A DNA stretch of 64,000 nt from Tubulanus polymorphus (taxonomy: Eukaryota; Animalia; Nemertea): positions 4,092,001 to 4,156,000 of the forward strand of contig NC_134035.1 in assembly GCF_964204645.1 (NCBI RefSeq). Reading direction: 5' to 3'. The notes beneath the pieces are model-generated. The model was not told the DNA's origin, searched no databases, and worked only from the letters and a program-made list of their open reading frames with translations. Shown here in pieces: positions 23,315 to 37,038 of this stretch. Numbering within the stretch: position 1 is the stretch's first letter; the number at the start of each line of letters is the position of its first letter. Position numbers and translations under genes: made by a program.

Positions 23315-24980
23315 ATGATGATCTGCGATGGAAAGTATCTGGTCGTCGCGGTTTGCGTATCGTTCGTGACGGCGTCATTTCTGGTCGATGTCGCCTCCTC
23401 CAAACCGACCGTCAGAGACGTGTTATTAGGTAAGTTGAAAAATATTTACCATCCATACACACGTCTGGATGACTTATCCTCGCTGTATAAGCATTGAATC
23501 AGACATTTATGCCTAGAATTAGTGCCAAAATTAGAATATCGAAGTTCCAATCTGGCGAAAGAACACGTGATAGATAGATAGATATTTATTTTTCGGAAAA
23601 CACACTTACTATACAATTGATAATCGATACTAATTTTGAATACATGATGTTACATGGTTCCGAGTGATACGGTGCTAGCCAATAGGTTGTACTTAGGAAA
23701 TTAAGGCACCGAAACCCTGATTGAAGTCGCTGTCCGTTATTTTACTATTACAATATCCTGGACCCAGTTCAAAAGCTTTCGTTTGATTAGTCCATTGCAA
23801 GTGTTTTAAATCCGATTCTAACCGATATTACCGAGTCCAGTAAATCTGCCAACGTAGTATATTAGAACAATCGGCCCTTGACACAATATCTTACAGTTAT
23901 TTGTATTTTGGCCACAAACGACTGGTAAATATTTACTCAAACACGATTATATTCTATACCGGTAGCTATTGATAAGAAAATCATGAGGCATGTTGACATT
24001 TCCGATGAAAAAGCTCGCCTCGAAATGCACATTTTTTGTGATTTATTTCTATATAAATTTCATATCCATATCTATGAATATGTAGCTGCTGTTAAACACT
24101 ATTCCGGATATTAATGAATGGTTCAAAATGAAACGAAGGCCGTTGTGGAACGAACTTTGTACCTGATGACGAGGGAATTTCACGCCGTACTGCGTTCGAC
24201 AATGGCTCTCTCAGACCCGAGAGCTTTTATCGACGTAACCGATGACCTCGCTCGTTCCGTTGTGTAAAACCGCATTTCTTGTCTTTTTCACGTAGGTACG
24301 AAATCGAAAAATCCCGATTCGTCGAGGGAAAGAAGAGCGACCTCGATACCTGCGGGATATAACGAATGCATACTACTCGTCGATGGTCGGTTATTATGCG
24401 ACGGAGAAATAGTCGCTTACGACAGTAAGTTCGGCATTCCTTCGCGTTTACCAAAAAACGTATATATGGCGCCTCGTTCCAAAAAAAGCTCCGAATAATT
24501 AATTGACCTACGTGTATTACACGCTAGATAAAAATTCACGAGCGTTAGGCAGATATTAAGGAAATATCTCTTATAAGGCTAGACTAAAATGATCCATTGT
24601 TTCTCCTAATCGGCCGGGTCATTTTGTAGAATGCAATGAAATTTGTAATCAGTTCATATCTATATAACTCGTGTGTTATGGTTGAATTGATAATGATTTA
24701 GAAAAAGCAATGTATAGGGTAGATAGGCGGCTGGCTGGGTCCAATTCAAAGCTCAGCAGAAAGGAGAAACAATGTATCGATTTTTTAGCCTGAATATTAG
24801 TTTTTAAAGCAACGTTTTGAGTTTTTGCGGGTTTTACCGATATCATTCGCATTTTGCAAAGATTCCTATCACTTATCTCTTGTAGTTCGCCCGGATATAA
24901 ACCAAGGCAGCGGTGACGTCGACGGCAAGGGCGGCAGCAAATGCTGGTGGAACGGAATCACGTATATCTGTTTCGGTTGA
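23315..24980 (+). CDS. Secreted peptide precursor D (69 aa), novel CX8C-amide family
   Basis: Exons 23315-23429 and 24886-24980 (TAG|GTAAGT ... CTCTTGTAG|, phase 1): MMICDGKYLVVAVCVSFVTASFLVDVASSKPTVRDVLLVRPDINQGSGDVDGKGGSKCWWNGITYICFG*. AATAAA near 25233 and 25246. Confidence 0.85.
24586..24791. mobile_element. Non-autonomous DNA element with AGGCTA/TAGCCT termini (Kolobok-like?) in the intron of gene D
   Basis: Inverted homolog at 28885-29091 and a third copy at 4272-4600. Confidence 0.65.
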
Positions 24981-26642
24981 TTCTCTGAATCTATCTAGAG
25001 TTTTCGTTCATACGCCGCACCGACACTCACAGGAGATAATAGACTAAATTGTATACCCGCTAAATACCAACTGATTCGAGTGCAACTGATTCGGGACCCG
25101 TTTACGATGTAAACTCGACAGAACTTAGTGGAAGCCTGTCGCCCTATCGCGGGTCTCTGGTGGCCGGTATCGCTCCGTCGTGATGGTACCAAATCTCGAT
25201 ATTTTCATCTTGAAAAAAAAAAGAAATCAAGAAATAAAACAAAGAAATAAAGACCTCGTTCGTTTAAACTAGTCATTACATATATAGTAGTTTATCTTAT
25301 AGATAACTCGAACATCGTAATTGCTGTCAACATGTTTTTCATTGTGTGAACAAACATGGAGAGTTCTTGATCTTAAAATATTGTGATTGACCCTGTTATT
25401 TATTTGATTGGTAGATTGTGTTTAATTTTTTCGATTGAGTGTCCCTTACAAACCCACCACACCTGCCGAGAGCGAAACAGCGGGTTTAATTTTTGAAATC
25501 GGAAATCTCGAAGTACGGATATAGTTGCGCGATCGGCGGTCAAATTTACAGAGATTTTTGTTTCAATCGAAATTTCGGAGCCGTGTTAACAAATGGTATC
25601 AGATTAAACGTATGAAAAAAAACTGGTTAGTCCTGTTTAGGTTCATCAGAAATCACGAGTTTTCGCTACTAGTGAATGATATTGTAGCATGATCGGGTAA
25701 ATGAGTTACTTTAAGATAAGCGTGAAACTCATTTACCCGGGTGAAGCAACTATATGGAGTAGTTTAACGAAACCGCGTGATTTCCAATGAAGTCGGTTAA
25801 CTTAAAGCGGTACAATCTGTTTTCTCCTCCATTTGGGGACGATGAACAAGACGACCGAAAAGTTTATTTTCCTTCACTTCATTGCCGCGTTCACGCGAAG
25901 CTGTTGACAGGTGATTTTACTATAATCTGTAATCTGTATGTGCTACGTCGCAGTATCCGATATCGGCATTAAAACGACGGGTAGGGGAGAGCGCAAGGCA
26001 AGGGGTTAGTTTTTACTGAGCTGGGCGTCAAACCGCTCAGTGTTGTACCAGAGCAGATGATATTTTCCGGCAGTTTATTCCAATCAAATGTTGATTTGAC
26101 AAAAAAAACGAGTGTCCGTACTTTTCGGTGTTCGCGCTGGGAACGATTTTACCATCGGGCGAGCGACGGAGAAATCCTCCTCGCGATCGTGTCCACCGGA
26201 TTTAAAATAGTGGCACTATACACGAATTTTTTGCAATCGCCTGCACGACAGAAACAGCGGCGCGAAAATGCCTCGGTATTTCGAATTATCGCCCGAACGC
26301 CGCGTCGCTCGTCTTTCTATAATCAACATTCTATCGGTTCGCCTCGCTTTATTCGGTAGTAATTCGAGTAAAGTGCAAACATCTGCGCGTTTGTTATTGT
26401 TGTTGTCGTTGGAAGCTCGTTTTGGCAATAATTCTTAAACCGCGAGCGACACTCGAACATTTATCACCGACCCGAGCGGTCTTGTGATGCGCGATTTTGA
26501 GTACCTGCGCTCTCGATTTTATCATTTCTGATAATCGACATTTTATGAACGTTCAAACTCGGTCGATGAATAAATTTCGTTGTTATTGTACTCTCGTTCG
26601 GGGTGTCAAAAATAGCGGACGAATATCGTGCCAAGTGTTTGC

Positions 26643-26740
26643 ATGTATGTATGTATGTATGTATGTATGTATGTATGTATGTATGTATGTATGTATGTAT
26701 GTATGTATGTATGTATGTATGTATATATGTATGTATGTAT
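26643..26740. repeat. (ATGT)n microsatellite
   Basis: About 24 tetramer units; source of the spurious YIHT/MYVC ORFs. Confidence 0.95.
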
Positions 26741-27550
26741 AGACCTATTAATTCACTCGCGTTGTTGTTGGAATGTGAAAAACTGAAATGATTGCGACGT
26801 GAGATCGTTGAAATAAAAATTTCATATTCATTTCTCGAAATAAATAGATTTTTGAAAGTATAAAAGAAGTATAAAGAAGTGTAAAGAAGTATAAAATATG
26901 GAGTTTTACGAGGAGGCGAACGTCTCAATCCCTGCGTCTGCGTTCACGCGTGAAACTCTGACGTAATGGACGTCCCTGTGTGGCTGGCGAGCGCGCCAAG
27001 TACTGCGCACAAATCCGTGACGTCACATCTATGCGATAACCCCAACTGTTTCAATTTGTTTCTAAATCACTTTCATCGTTTATTCCGGCCTCATCCTTTT
27101 TCATCGTCTTTTCTCGTTTTCCTATATTTTTTCTCACACGCGGAACTGCTTGCTGTAGCGGCCTTGTGGCTTTCATGCTTGGCCCTCCTCATAAGGAGGC
27201 TTTCTCGATTACATTTTTGTTTCGTTTTGCTAATGAATATTCTTAAAACACGCTTTCTCGTGAAATACTTCGGGGAGAATTTATCGGTCTCGCGAGATAT
27301 ACGAGGCAGACGGAGTCTGTATACCGTATTCTTATATCTTGTTTTATACAGAAAGTACAGTTAGCCAAATTAGAAAAAGTATTAGGAAATTTGTCGCGCG
27401 AGCACACGAGATGTGAAACAAAAAAGAAAACAAATCCCCCGACTCATCAGCGGCCGCATTAACGATGTAATTAACTTACTGAAATTGTTTAAACACGGCA
27501 ACTCGGAAATTCATTACAGTCGCGTTAAATTCCCTTGAAATCTGCCGCGT

Positions 27551-27553
<3 letters not shown>

Positions 27554-27581
<28 letters not shown>

Positions 27582-27598
27582 CCGCTGCCGCTGCCGCT

Positions 27599-27684
<86 letters not shown>

Positions 27685-27688
27685 TGCT
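27554..27688. repeat. Compound trinucleotide repeat (GCT)7(GCCGCT)4(GCC)~28(GCT)2
   Basis: Directly visible. Confidence 0.95.
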
Positions 27689-30600
27689 GATGGCGGTGAT
27701 CAGGAATATTGTCGTGTGTGTATATACGCTCATCAGCAGCGCCGAAGCTGTGTAAGTATTTATGACATACAGGTGTGTATGCTTAATGACAATGTTTCGG
27801 CTTAAGACGACAACCTTCGCCATACTCGATATGGATTACAAGATTGAATAGTTTTCGATCAAGGCTCCTGACGATTTGTGTAGATCGAAAATTATGTTCC
27901 TGCCGCAAATAATACGAAAATATGACTCGTCGTTATTGTCCGACATGTCGACGTCGATTCTTACCGACGGTTATTAGACAAGGGCGGCCACTGAGCTGGA
28001 CAACCATAAAGACTCGGGGAAATCTAGGAAAAAACCCGGGAAATCGCATGGGAATTTGGCTAATACAGACATACTATTGTGAGTTCAGGGAATTTGGATA
28101 TGCTATATTTGACCACGCGCTTCTGTATCAATGCGTCATTCGTGAAAAATGAATAGATTCAAAAGGTTTAAGTCAAGAAAGTTCATAAATGCACGAAGAG
28201 TGGTCACCCGGTGTTACGGACTATTTTCGCAATTCGTTTCCTGAAATCTAAACGAACACTTTTCTCAAACTCGAAGGGAAAGTTCTAGGTGTACGGTATT
28301 TCTTCCAAGGACTCAGAGTCTTCCATAGTCAGGACTTCCATAGTCGTGAAACTTTCTGTTTCGCCACGTGATCACACAAAACCTTCCTTCTTCTCGGCCA
28401 TTGCGTATAAGAAATTCTTTTTCGCGGGGATCCAGAATATCCCCCATTCCCCCATTGCCAGAATGTCCCAAGTTCCCCCATTTTTGTCGGTTGACGTTCG
28501 GTGGCAAATTATTCTAAAAAAAACGGCAAAACATCTGCAGCATGAAACGGGAGAATCCTGTTTGATCCGACGTTGACGTTCTCTTGAATCAAAAAGAAAA
28601 AAATAGCAGAGAGACGCGGCTGACGTCGAGATTGAACGTGTAATATGAAAACTGTTTATTAGTGAAAATATTTTTGAGACACGGCTAGAAATGACGACAT
28701 CGATTTGACGATGATAAATCGACTGTAATACGAACTGTGTATAGAGAGCGAGTTAGCGTGGGTAACTGAAATAAAAACAAAATTAGAAATGTAGAAAAAA
28801 AAACTATGAGAGCGTTGCCGTGTGTTATGAATTCATCGATGGATATGATCGCGACGTTTTTCAGAATGAAAACTCAATACGTTTAGGCTGAAGAAAATTT
28901 ATACCTTGTTTGTCCGCTCTAGTGAGCTTAAAAGTTGATCCGGCCGGCCGGCCGCCTATCTACCCTGTACATAACTTATTTTAAAATTATGATCAATTTT
29001 ACCATAGCAGACTCGGCAGCTATAGAAATGAACTGATTACAAAATGAGCCGGCCGCTGCGGAGAAACAAGGTATCATTTTGGTTTAGCCTTGTATCGGGC
29101 TGATGTTTCTAACTCCTGGAGAAAAGATTTCAACGACATTTTCTGTTTTCCTTTTGGGAGCGTTCAAATAGTACGAGTACGTATGGCCAAACCAGCCGTA
29201 TTTGAAACCCCCTCCCTTTGTTGGTACTCATTTCTTTGACCACCCCTCCCCCTCCGAAGTACGATCTTGATACCCTTTCCGATCGGTTAAAAGATGTTAA
29301 CTTGGAGGATAATTCGATTTCAATTTTTCTTCTAAACCATATTTCCGAGAGAAAGAAACCTTTCTTCTAATAAACGAATCGAGAATCTAATCTATTCGGT
29401 GTATACGGGCTGTCATTTCGTTGTTTTTTTCTTTTAATGAATCTTTTTGATCGACGAATTCATCGACCACGATATCAAACCATGGATCGTCGGTAATGCA
29501 TCTACTGAACGAGCGGTCGAGCATTTTAATCCGCAAATTAGTTCTATTTATAGCCGTTGAACGAATCGACCATCAATCGGGTTTTAGTTGCGTGCGTTCG
29601 GCCCGAGGCGGTGACCGATGAGCGACCGTTCAGCTGGCTCGCCGCGGAAACGATATCGGCGCGTGTATCATCTTTTTTTGCGCTTCGAAATCCGCCCGTC
29701 GTCGGCAACCCACGCATTTCGTCATCCGGACGACCAGTTTCATCATTGATAGCGACCGCTATTTATTTCATATCTAATTCGATTTCGTTTTGCACTTGGT
29801 AAACGCAGAATCGGCGGCTCGTTGTATTGGTCATTGGTTTTACCGAGGCCTTTTTATTAACTACTTCGATTGCGGATTTTTTTTCCAAGAGAAAATGAAA
29901 GGACGAATGAAGAAAAAATTTAAAACGAATCTATCTATCAAGGGCGTTTAAGGTCGAAGGTACGAAGCCCCGCAGGTGACATGGGATAAAATGAAAATGT
30001 TTTTTTTTGTTCGAAGGAAATAATCTTTTCGTTCCCACGAAAACCGTTTCTTTCGATCGAGAGAAAAAAATATATCTATTTTTCACCATGTCACCCCCGG
30101 GGGATCCGCGCAACGAGAATGGAGAGAAAATCTAAATCCAATTATTTTGTTATCACCCCAGTATTTTCCGTACAAAATCTTGGACGTACTGTGAAAAAAA
30201 AGTTTAAAGAAAAGAGTTGAATTGAATTAAAATGATGATTGAAGAAACGAAAAGAACTAACCTTTTTTTTACAAATTATCAGAACGAAAATTAGTACCGA
30301 AAATTTAGAAAAGGAACGTTTTTTAGGAAATTTATGATGGAAAGACGCCGGAGGACTGATAGAAAATTCTTTATGATGTTTTTGGTAAAATTCTGGGCGC
30401 AGGATCCGTTCTGCAAGTAATAAGAGAAAATGCCTGATCGGGACTATATGATTTTATGTAGTAGTTATCGATGACGTACCGGGTGATGTTTCGAGTCGAC
30501 GCGTCTGCATTACGCGCGCTCCTCAATCTAAACCTTGACACGTCATTCGAACTCCATTGTGGTAGCACAGTAACGGCGCCTCTTCGTTATTGGCCGGCGC

Positions 30601-30829
30601 TGAAACTATATTCGAAATAAAAAAGAAAATCAACCATTTTCAAACAGGCGTATATCGCGACGGTTGCACATTTGCGGGGCGCCCCGTGTACGTAGCTGGG
30701 CGCATTTCTCAAAGATGCTTCTTTCAGAAAGGGGAATTTTTAAAAAGAAGCCTCTCTGCTTACTGAAAGGGATGTTGATGATTTTGTCCAATAGGGTGGC
30801 ACACACGCTACGAATTAACTAGGAAACCT

Positions 30830-31000
30830 CTTATCAATTCACCCAGTCCTGGCACTGTCTCTACAGTGATCTCCGTCCCTCTACGATCAAACGGACCAAA
30901 GGACACTTTGGTACATCAGGCACAAAGGTTCTTGGTGAACTTATCAATAGATTATTTAGTTCCATACTGGAATTAGCTATTCGGTTAGATTTGTGACCGC
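30830..31000 (-). pseudogene. Highly decayed fragment of the SUEL-lectin-like receptor family (copy 1)
   Basis: Nucleotide similarity to 56444-56525 (AGTCCTGGCA..GATCTCCGTC.CTCTACGATC..ACATCAG.CAC..AGGTTCTTGGTGAA) and to 50123-50151. Minus frame reads *FQYG..VHQEPLCLMY..DGDHC. Confidence 0.45.
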
Positions 31001-32743
31001 TTTAAGAATATACTGGCTATATAAGAGCCTGCACTGTGGAAGGAGTCAGATTTGAATCTAGCATCCATAATGATTGGTTATCGACTCTCTAAGTCTTAGC
31101 GTGCGATAGCGGCTAAGTTTTACTTGCTTCAGTAAAACGACTCGACGATGCTTCGGCCGCCATATTGCGGTAACCGGAAGCTATCTCGTATAGAACGGTT
31201 ACGACGCTCGAAAGTCGATTATTATCGCGCGTCGAAATACTACGATAATTACTTTAAAAACGAAATCGCGTCGTAATGAGAAGAATAGAATCGAAATTAG
31301 CGAGTAGAGACAGGTTTGATTAAACGGTGATGATGTATAGCAACGCCTGCGGTACAGTGTCATTACACCCTTCACGAGAAGGGACGCGTATTCATTCGAG
31401 ATAACATCGTGTCGGCTTCCCTCGCCTCAGATTTACGAGATGATAGCCGATGAGGCCTAAAGGCATATCTATCCTAATAAACTCGGTATAAACTCGAGTA
31501 AAACCCCCTTATATAATCTGTAAGAGATAACGTGGACCCTTTAATAAAAGTACGATGTAGCCAATGAGGTTAAGGGCATGTCATCTCGGTCGGAAAAATG
31601 TTGCTCTATCACTGTCTGTGGGCATTGTGGATGACCCCGTCTTGGAGAGTGAGTCATGCCAGTCCCATGGTTGTCGGGTGTTCATCAGACAGTTCGTAAT
31701 ATTTCCAATTATACAATTTCTAGACTTTGACCGAAGATATCTTAACGATTAGAAATAAAAACAGTGGGACGGGGCTGGGGGACGGGGTTTTCCATGTTTA
31801 CACTGTTCTTACTACGACCAAGTCACTCGATTATGACGAATGAAACTATCACTTGAACTTGTTATATAATACGTACGCGGTACCGATCTAGGCGGTATTG
31901 TGCAGACGATTTTGCCGTCGGTGTTTCGTCGACAGTACGTCATCAGTAGATTGAACATCGTATCTTCTGAAAACAGATGAAAAAAACAGACAAAAATTCA
32001 CTATACGATATACGAAATTCGCCCGGCAAACGACTGGCTTTGAGTGGTATTCGACGTATCGTATTTTAATTTCTCGCCAGAACGAGGGAGTGATAGAAAA
32101 AATCGCACGCGGCGGTACTTCATAGCTAGAATGTTACGAGCTTGTTTGTTCGAACTTTAGATAATTGATTTGCAGGCGTTTTGATAACGGTTTAAGAGGC
32201 GAAATATCTCGACACGTACTCACGAGCCGAGTACTCGAGCTCGAGGGCTGCTGAAAACCCGATAGTAAAGGGTCGCACTACTTCACTCTGTGTAACACAA
32301 TGCTTTATCGAAAATATCAAACTATCATATATCAAATATATTCTAACGAGACGAGTAGTACTATTATAGGTTAAATAGTTTGTTGGACGCACGAGCTTTC
32401 GCTATTTCGGAAATTTTGAAAATGGAAACTTTCTAGATGCATTTCCGGCCAAATTGTAGTGAATATTTCATATGAAAATGAAAAAAATGTAATAAATCCT
32501 GGAAACATTTTCAGAATAAGTTTTTATTAGGTCTATTAATCCATAGATTAGGTCTATTAAATTTTCTTTGACAAAAAATAGCGGACTCGAGATTTTGCAA
32601 CGCACCCCCCTTCCCTGGGTACAGGCCTGTATAGTATGTTCATCAGGTCATCGTAGCTTCACCTGATGAAGTCACTCATTAGTAGCGAAAGCTCGTGCGT
32701 CAATATATGATATATATAATAACAAATTATTATTATATATTAC

Positions 32744-32794
<51 letters not shown>

Positions 32795-35700
32795 ATATGA
32801 AATCTTTATGGAATTCAAGTATACCGCGCGATAAAATATGATAGACAACCTTAACGTAAAACGTAGAATTCCCGAACGTGTAGGATCTGATGAAGTCGAG
32901 TCCAGTGGGAAATGAAAACTGGACGAGCCGATAATATCCCGCGCGGACAAACCATCGAGACCGATACGTAAATTAGACCCTGTCAGCTATTTAACCGTAT
33001 TACCACCGCGCTATGAAATAGATAACCATTCGTCTTTTTACCCGCAAGGCCGATGTATAGCATCGCTTCCAACTGTAAACATGGGCGGATCCAGAGGCCG
33101 ATGAACTTCGTGTATAAACGATTTCAGAGACGGATCGCTTCTCGTTTAAGATGCTGCAAAAGCGCACGCTAAGGCCATTAATCCTCGTTAAACAATAGAA
33201 GACCATTTATCTTCGGCGGGACTTAATTCCATCTACAAATAGGTTTAATTGCATTTCGGAGTGTTTTGGCGAAACGGCGCGCTGTTTGTCGTTGTGTCTG
33301 TGTGGCAACTTGACGACCACCAGCACCGCACTGAGACGAATTAAACCTCGCAGATTATAGGAATTAAGAAACCGCGGGCGACCCGCGCTGTTTGTCAATG
33401 TGTCTGGGTAGTAACTGGACCAGCACCACATTCGGCAACGAAACAAACCTACTATATCTATACCAGAAAGATTATGGGAACTAAAGTACCCCGTAGGCGT
33501 CGGTATGATAAAGCCGCCTTGTCAAAATCCAATCCACATGTTTCACACTCTAGACAGGGGATAGATTCTGTGGGTCTTCCCATAACCGGCTTCGCGTAGG
33601 CGCTTATAGATACTGAACGCATATCCGGCTTCGGCGATCCATGAGTATTTATTTTCTATGTTTTCGGTTTGTGCGATGTAAAACTCGAAAGCCCTCGAAA
33701 TATCGTACATCGATGTACATCATTTCAAATTTTTAATACCCCGTCTATTAGGTTTTACGGGACCCGCACTCTATCAAAGCCATCTATTAAACGAGCCGCG
33801 TGTGCCGCGCTGACGGAAATGGAGAATGTTGTCATAGATTATGGAACTTCCAGGCAGGAAGTTTCACCCGGGCGCGAGGAAGCTTCCTCGATCCGTCAAA
33901 TCGAACTGAACTCGTATCTATTCTCCTATAGCAGTCCGCGCTCGATTTATCTCGGCGAAAAACGAAATGATGATTCATTCTACAAATCGTAATTAATTTC
34001 AATCTAAATTTGATTAAATTCCTTGTTTGTGCGTTACAGTGATGTACGAGTCTAATTAATTGAATTAATTTTATTTTGCTAAGTTCACCCCCCCCCCGAC
34101 TCTACGGTAAAGTAAACTTCATTAACATCAAAACCGGCAAATCGTCTAACCTTATTAATGCGCTGGGCTTACGTCTTACTAAAATATACTAAACTCAGGA
34201 CCCTTTGGCCATAACGCCATCAAATACTCAAGATCTTTATGCCTACTATTCGTTAATAATTATCTCAATATTGAGTACATCGTTTCATACATGATGTTTA
34301 CAAATTTGAGTAAAATTGCGGTCTCCTTGCGGCGTGTGCGTTGAATTTTAGTAGGCTCTGGGCCCTCAGCTTAAATGAATTCATGGCTTAAATCTGACTA
34401 TAGATTCTTCGATACTGATGAGTCTTTAAACTAGTGAATATTAAAATTTGTTTTCAAATAAAGGTCGCATTCTACGGAATTTCTGAAAATTATTTCATTT
34501 GATGCGGCGACTGATATATCGGTCACCCGTTTCGTTGGTAAGTTCTAACGACTCGATTTAATTGACGCGGCGGCGACCTCTATCGGCCATTCGTTTCATT
34601 AAGTTCTAACGGCTCGATCGGAATTTAAATTTCGCGTGGGCGTCGCGCAAGTAGCCGGTGCCATTTCGACAACAAGAAGATAATTAAATCGTCTGATGAT
34701 TAAGCATCGCGGGAATCTTTTTTTTGTTTCGATAAATTAAAGCGGCTACTTAGATAAGTCTCGGGGTTTGTGTCGTTTTAATTGATGCGCTAATTTATAG
34801 GTTGAATGACAAAAACTAAAATATGTTTTCCGGGGTGGATTGTGGCATATTCCGGCAGTCGATATAGAGAATCCCGCGCTCTCTGAAAAGAAGATCCGAA
34901 TATCTGAAAAGAAGTCCGAATGTTGCCTTGAGTAAAGTTTATTCGACTATCTTCGCGGTTACATCCATCGTATGGTAAACGTCAAAATAGATTCGTAGAA
35001 GAGCCGTATTAACCGGGTGTAGAATAAATAGGCTTACACCGAGACGAGTATTACTATGTAGGTTAACTATTCTTTAAGACGCACAAGCTTTCGCTACTAA
35101 TGTGTAGAAGCTCTATCGGGTGAACGAGTCTCCAAAATAATGAGATATACGTGTACATGTCGCGTCAATAAAGAAGTTTCCAGTTTCTAGGCGCCTTTTT
35201 ATGGCGGTCCCTCGAGGTCCCCATTGTTGCGATGATTTGCGCTCATTTTTAAAACATAAGTTTAGATTGAATATCATATAGTTCTGCAGCCCCTTGCTCG
35301 ATGAACATAAGTTATACAGCATTTTAAAGAAAATGAAATGCAGATATTTGCTGGCGATTCTTGGAATTTTTGAACGAAACATTTTAGATATTCACAAGAA
35401 GGATAAGGTTATCTAAGGATAAACGAGTCCGAACTGTTTCTTTGAGCTAGTAGTTTATTCAACGTTTCGACTCATCTTCAGGAATTGATTAATGTTCATG
35501 ATTATTCATTCATTGCGTTGGATTTTCCATATATATCATTGTCACGGACAGGGTGCGTCGTTTGTCACAACACGAGCAGAGTGTTTCATCAATGCTTATT
35601 TTTGCATTAATGTTACACTGGGGCTAAAGCCAAGACAAAAACGACGACCTTAATTACGGAGGCTCTAACGAACCAAACGGCGTTCACTCCTTGCCACTAA

Positions 35701-36220
35701 TTAATCTAAAATACGCCGTAAACCAACACGCGAAAATCGGAGGTGAATGATAAAAAAAATCTTCGAAACGGCGGAAAATGCGTCGTATAGAAAACAAGTT
35801 TCGAAGAAAACATTGCCGCATTTTAATCGATATGCTGAGAGAATAAAGAAGCGCATTTTTAAATCGCTGGTAAACAGAGAATGGAAACGAAATTCTAGAC
35901 GTAAAATAATAAACGATGTCGTTGAATGAAGATTGATGATTCGATGATAAACCGGCGCGGAGTTCTTCTTCTTTTTTTTGGCGCTCGCAAGTTTTCATAA
36001 TGCGCAATTCTGTACCGTGTAGACACGAGTCAACATTGATCCAAAGCGGTCGATGTTCGTTCGCGATCAATCTAAGTAGCGGATCGAAACGGATATGTAC
36101 TCTCCGTGTCAATTGCACACGAAGCTCCATTAATGATTTTTCTTTTTCTAAATCTAACCGTTTCTCAAGGTCGTTGGAAAGGTTGTGATATACAGTATAT
36201 GGTACTTTGTTCTTTCAGAA

Positions 36221-36600
36221 CTGGACCCAGTTGTAAGGTTGTGGTTTATGCCCACAATCGTTAGTCTTGAATCTTAACACTGGTCTTAAGTTGTTAGATT
36301 GGTTGTAGGACAAAAATGAGCTTAGACTGGCCTGAAGTTGATTGGTTATAGAACCAAAATGAGCTTAGACTGGCCTTAAGTTATTAGATTGGTTATAGAA
36401 TAAAAATGAGCATAGACTGGTCTTAGGTTGTTTGGTTATGGAGCAAACATGAACTTAGACTGGTCTTAAGTTGCTAGATTGGCTATGGAACAAACATGGC
36501 CTTAGACTAGTGTTAAGTTGTTTGATTGGTTTTAGAACCAAAATGAGCAAAGACTGGTCCTCAATTGTTGGATTGGCTAACCAAAATGTTCTTACTGTGG
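36221..36600. mobile_element. Harbinger-like MITE with 47-bp array, inverted relative to the other copies
   Basis: Repeated TTAGACTGG(C/T)CTTAAGTTGTTAGATTGG.TAT(A/G)GAAC units following CTGGACCCAGTT. Confidence 0.7.
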
Positions 36601-36926
36601 TCAAGTAACGCTTTTCACAAATACGTCAAATTGCCTTTACTTGTAATGACCTTTTTTCTAGGATTGCAGATATCCTGGCAGTGTAGACAGCTCTATTTTT
36701 GTCCTACACATGTATTTCGATAAAATGAAAATACTAGACTCAGTCATGTCACGTGTTTGTGGATTTATATCCACCGCGATATGAAATTTCGCAATTCCCA
36801 ACATGTTACGTGGCTGTATGACGGACGTTCGTCGCGTAACTCATTAACGGCAAAGATATTTTTCACGCCTGATGTTACAGACTGTCGTGTTTACATACGG
36901 GATGATGACACTAAAAAAGTACGTAC

Positions 36927-37038
36927 CGTCAAATTTGGCAGATTGTTTTTTCTGTTTGTACGGTCGAGCCGAGGTGGTCAACGCAAACACGATCGTAGAC
37001 ATCGCGACAACCAGTAACGCCTTCGTGATACCGAACAT
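36927..37038 (-). CDS. Signal-peptide exon of an orphan secreted-protein gene (downstream exon unresolved)
   Basis: Acceptor TTTTTTTTTCAG|CC immediately before the ATG. Encodes MFGITKALLVVAMSTIVFALTTSARPYKQKKQSAKFD, then a phase-1 donor G|GTACGT. Confidence 0.6.

Noticed and set aside
26464-26928. 154-aa ORF with YIHT repeats
   Set aside because: Translation of an (ATGT)n microsatellite.
33207-33446. Minus ORF containing MWCWS as a family member or partner exon
   Set aside because: Lacks the CX8C spacing and terminal Gly, and has no convincing splice sites.
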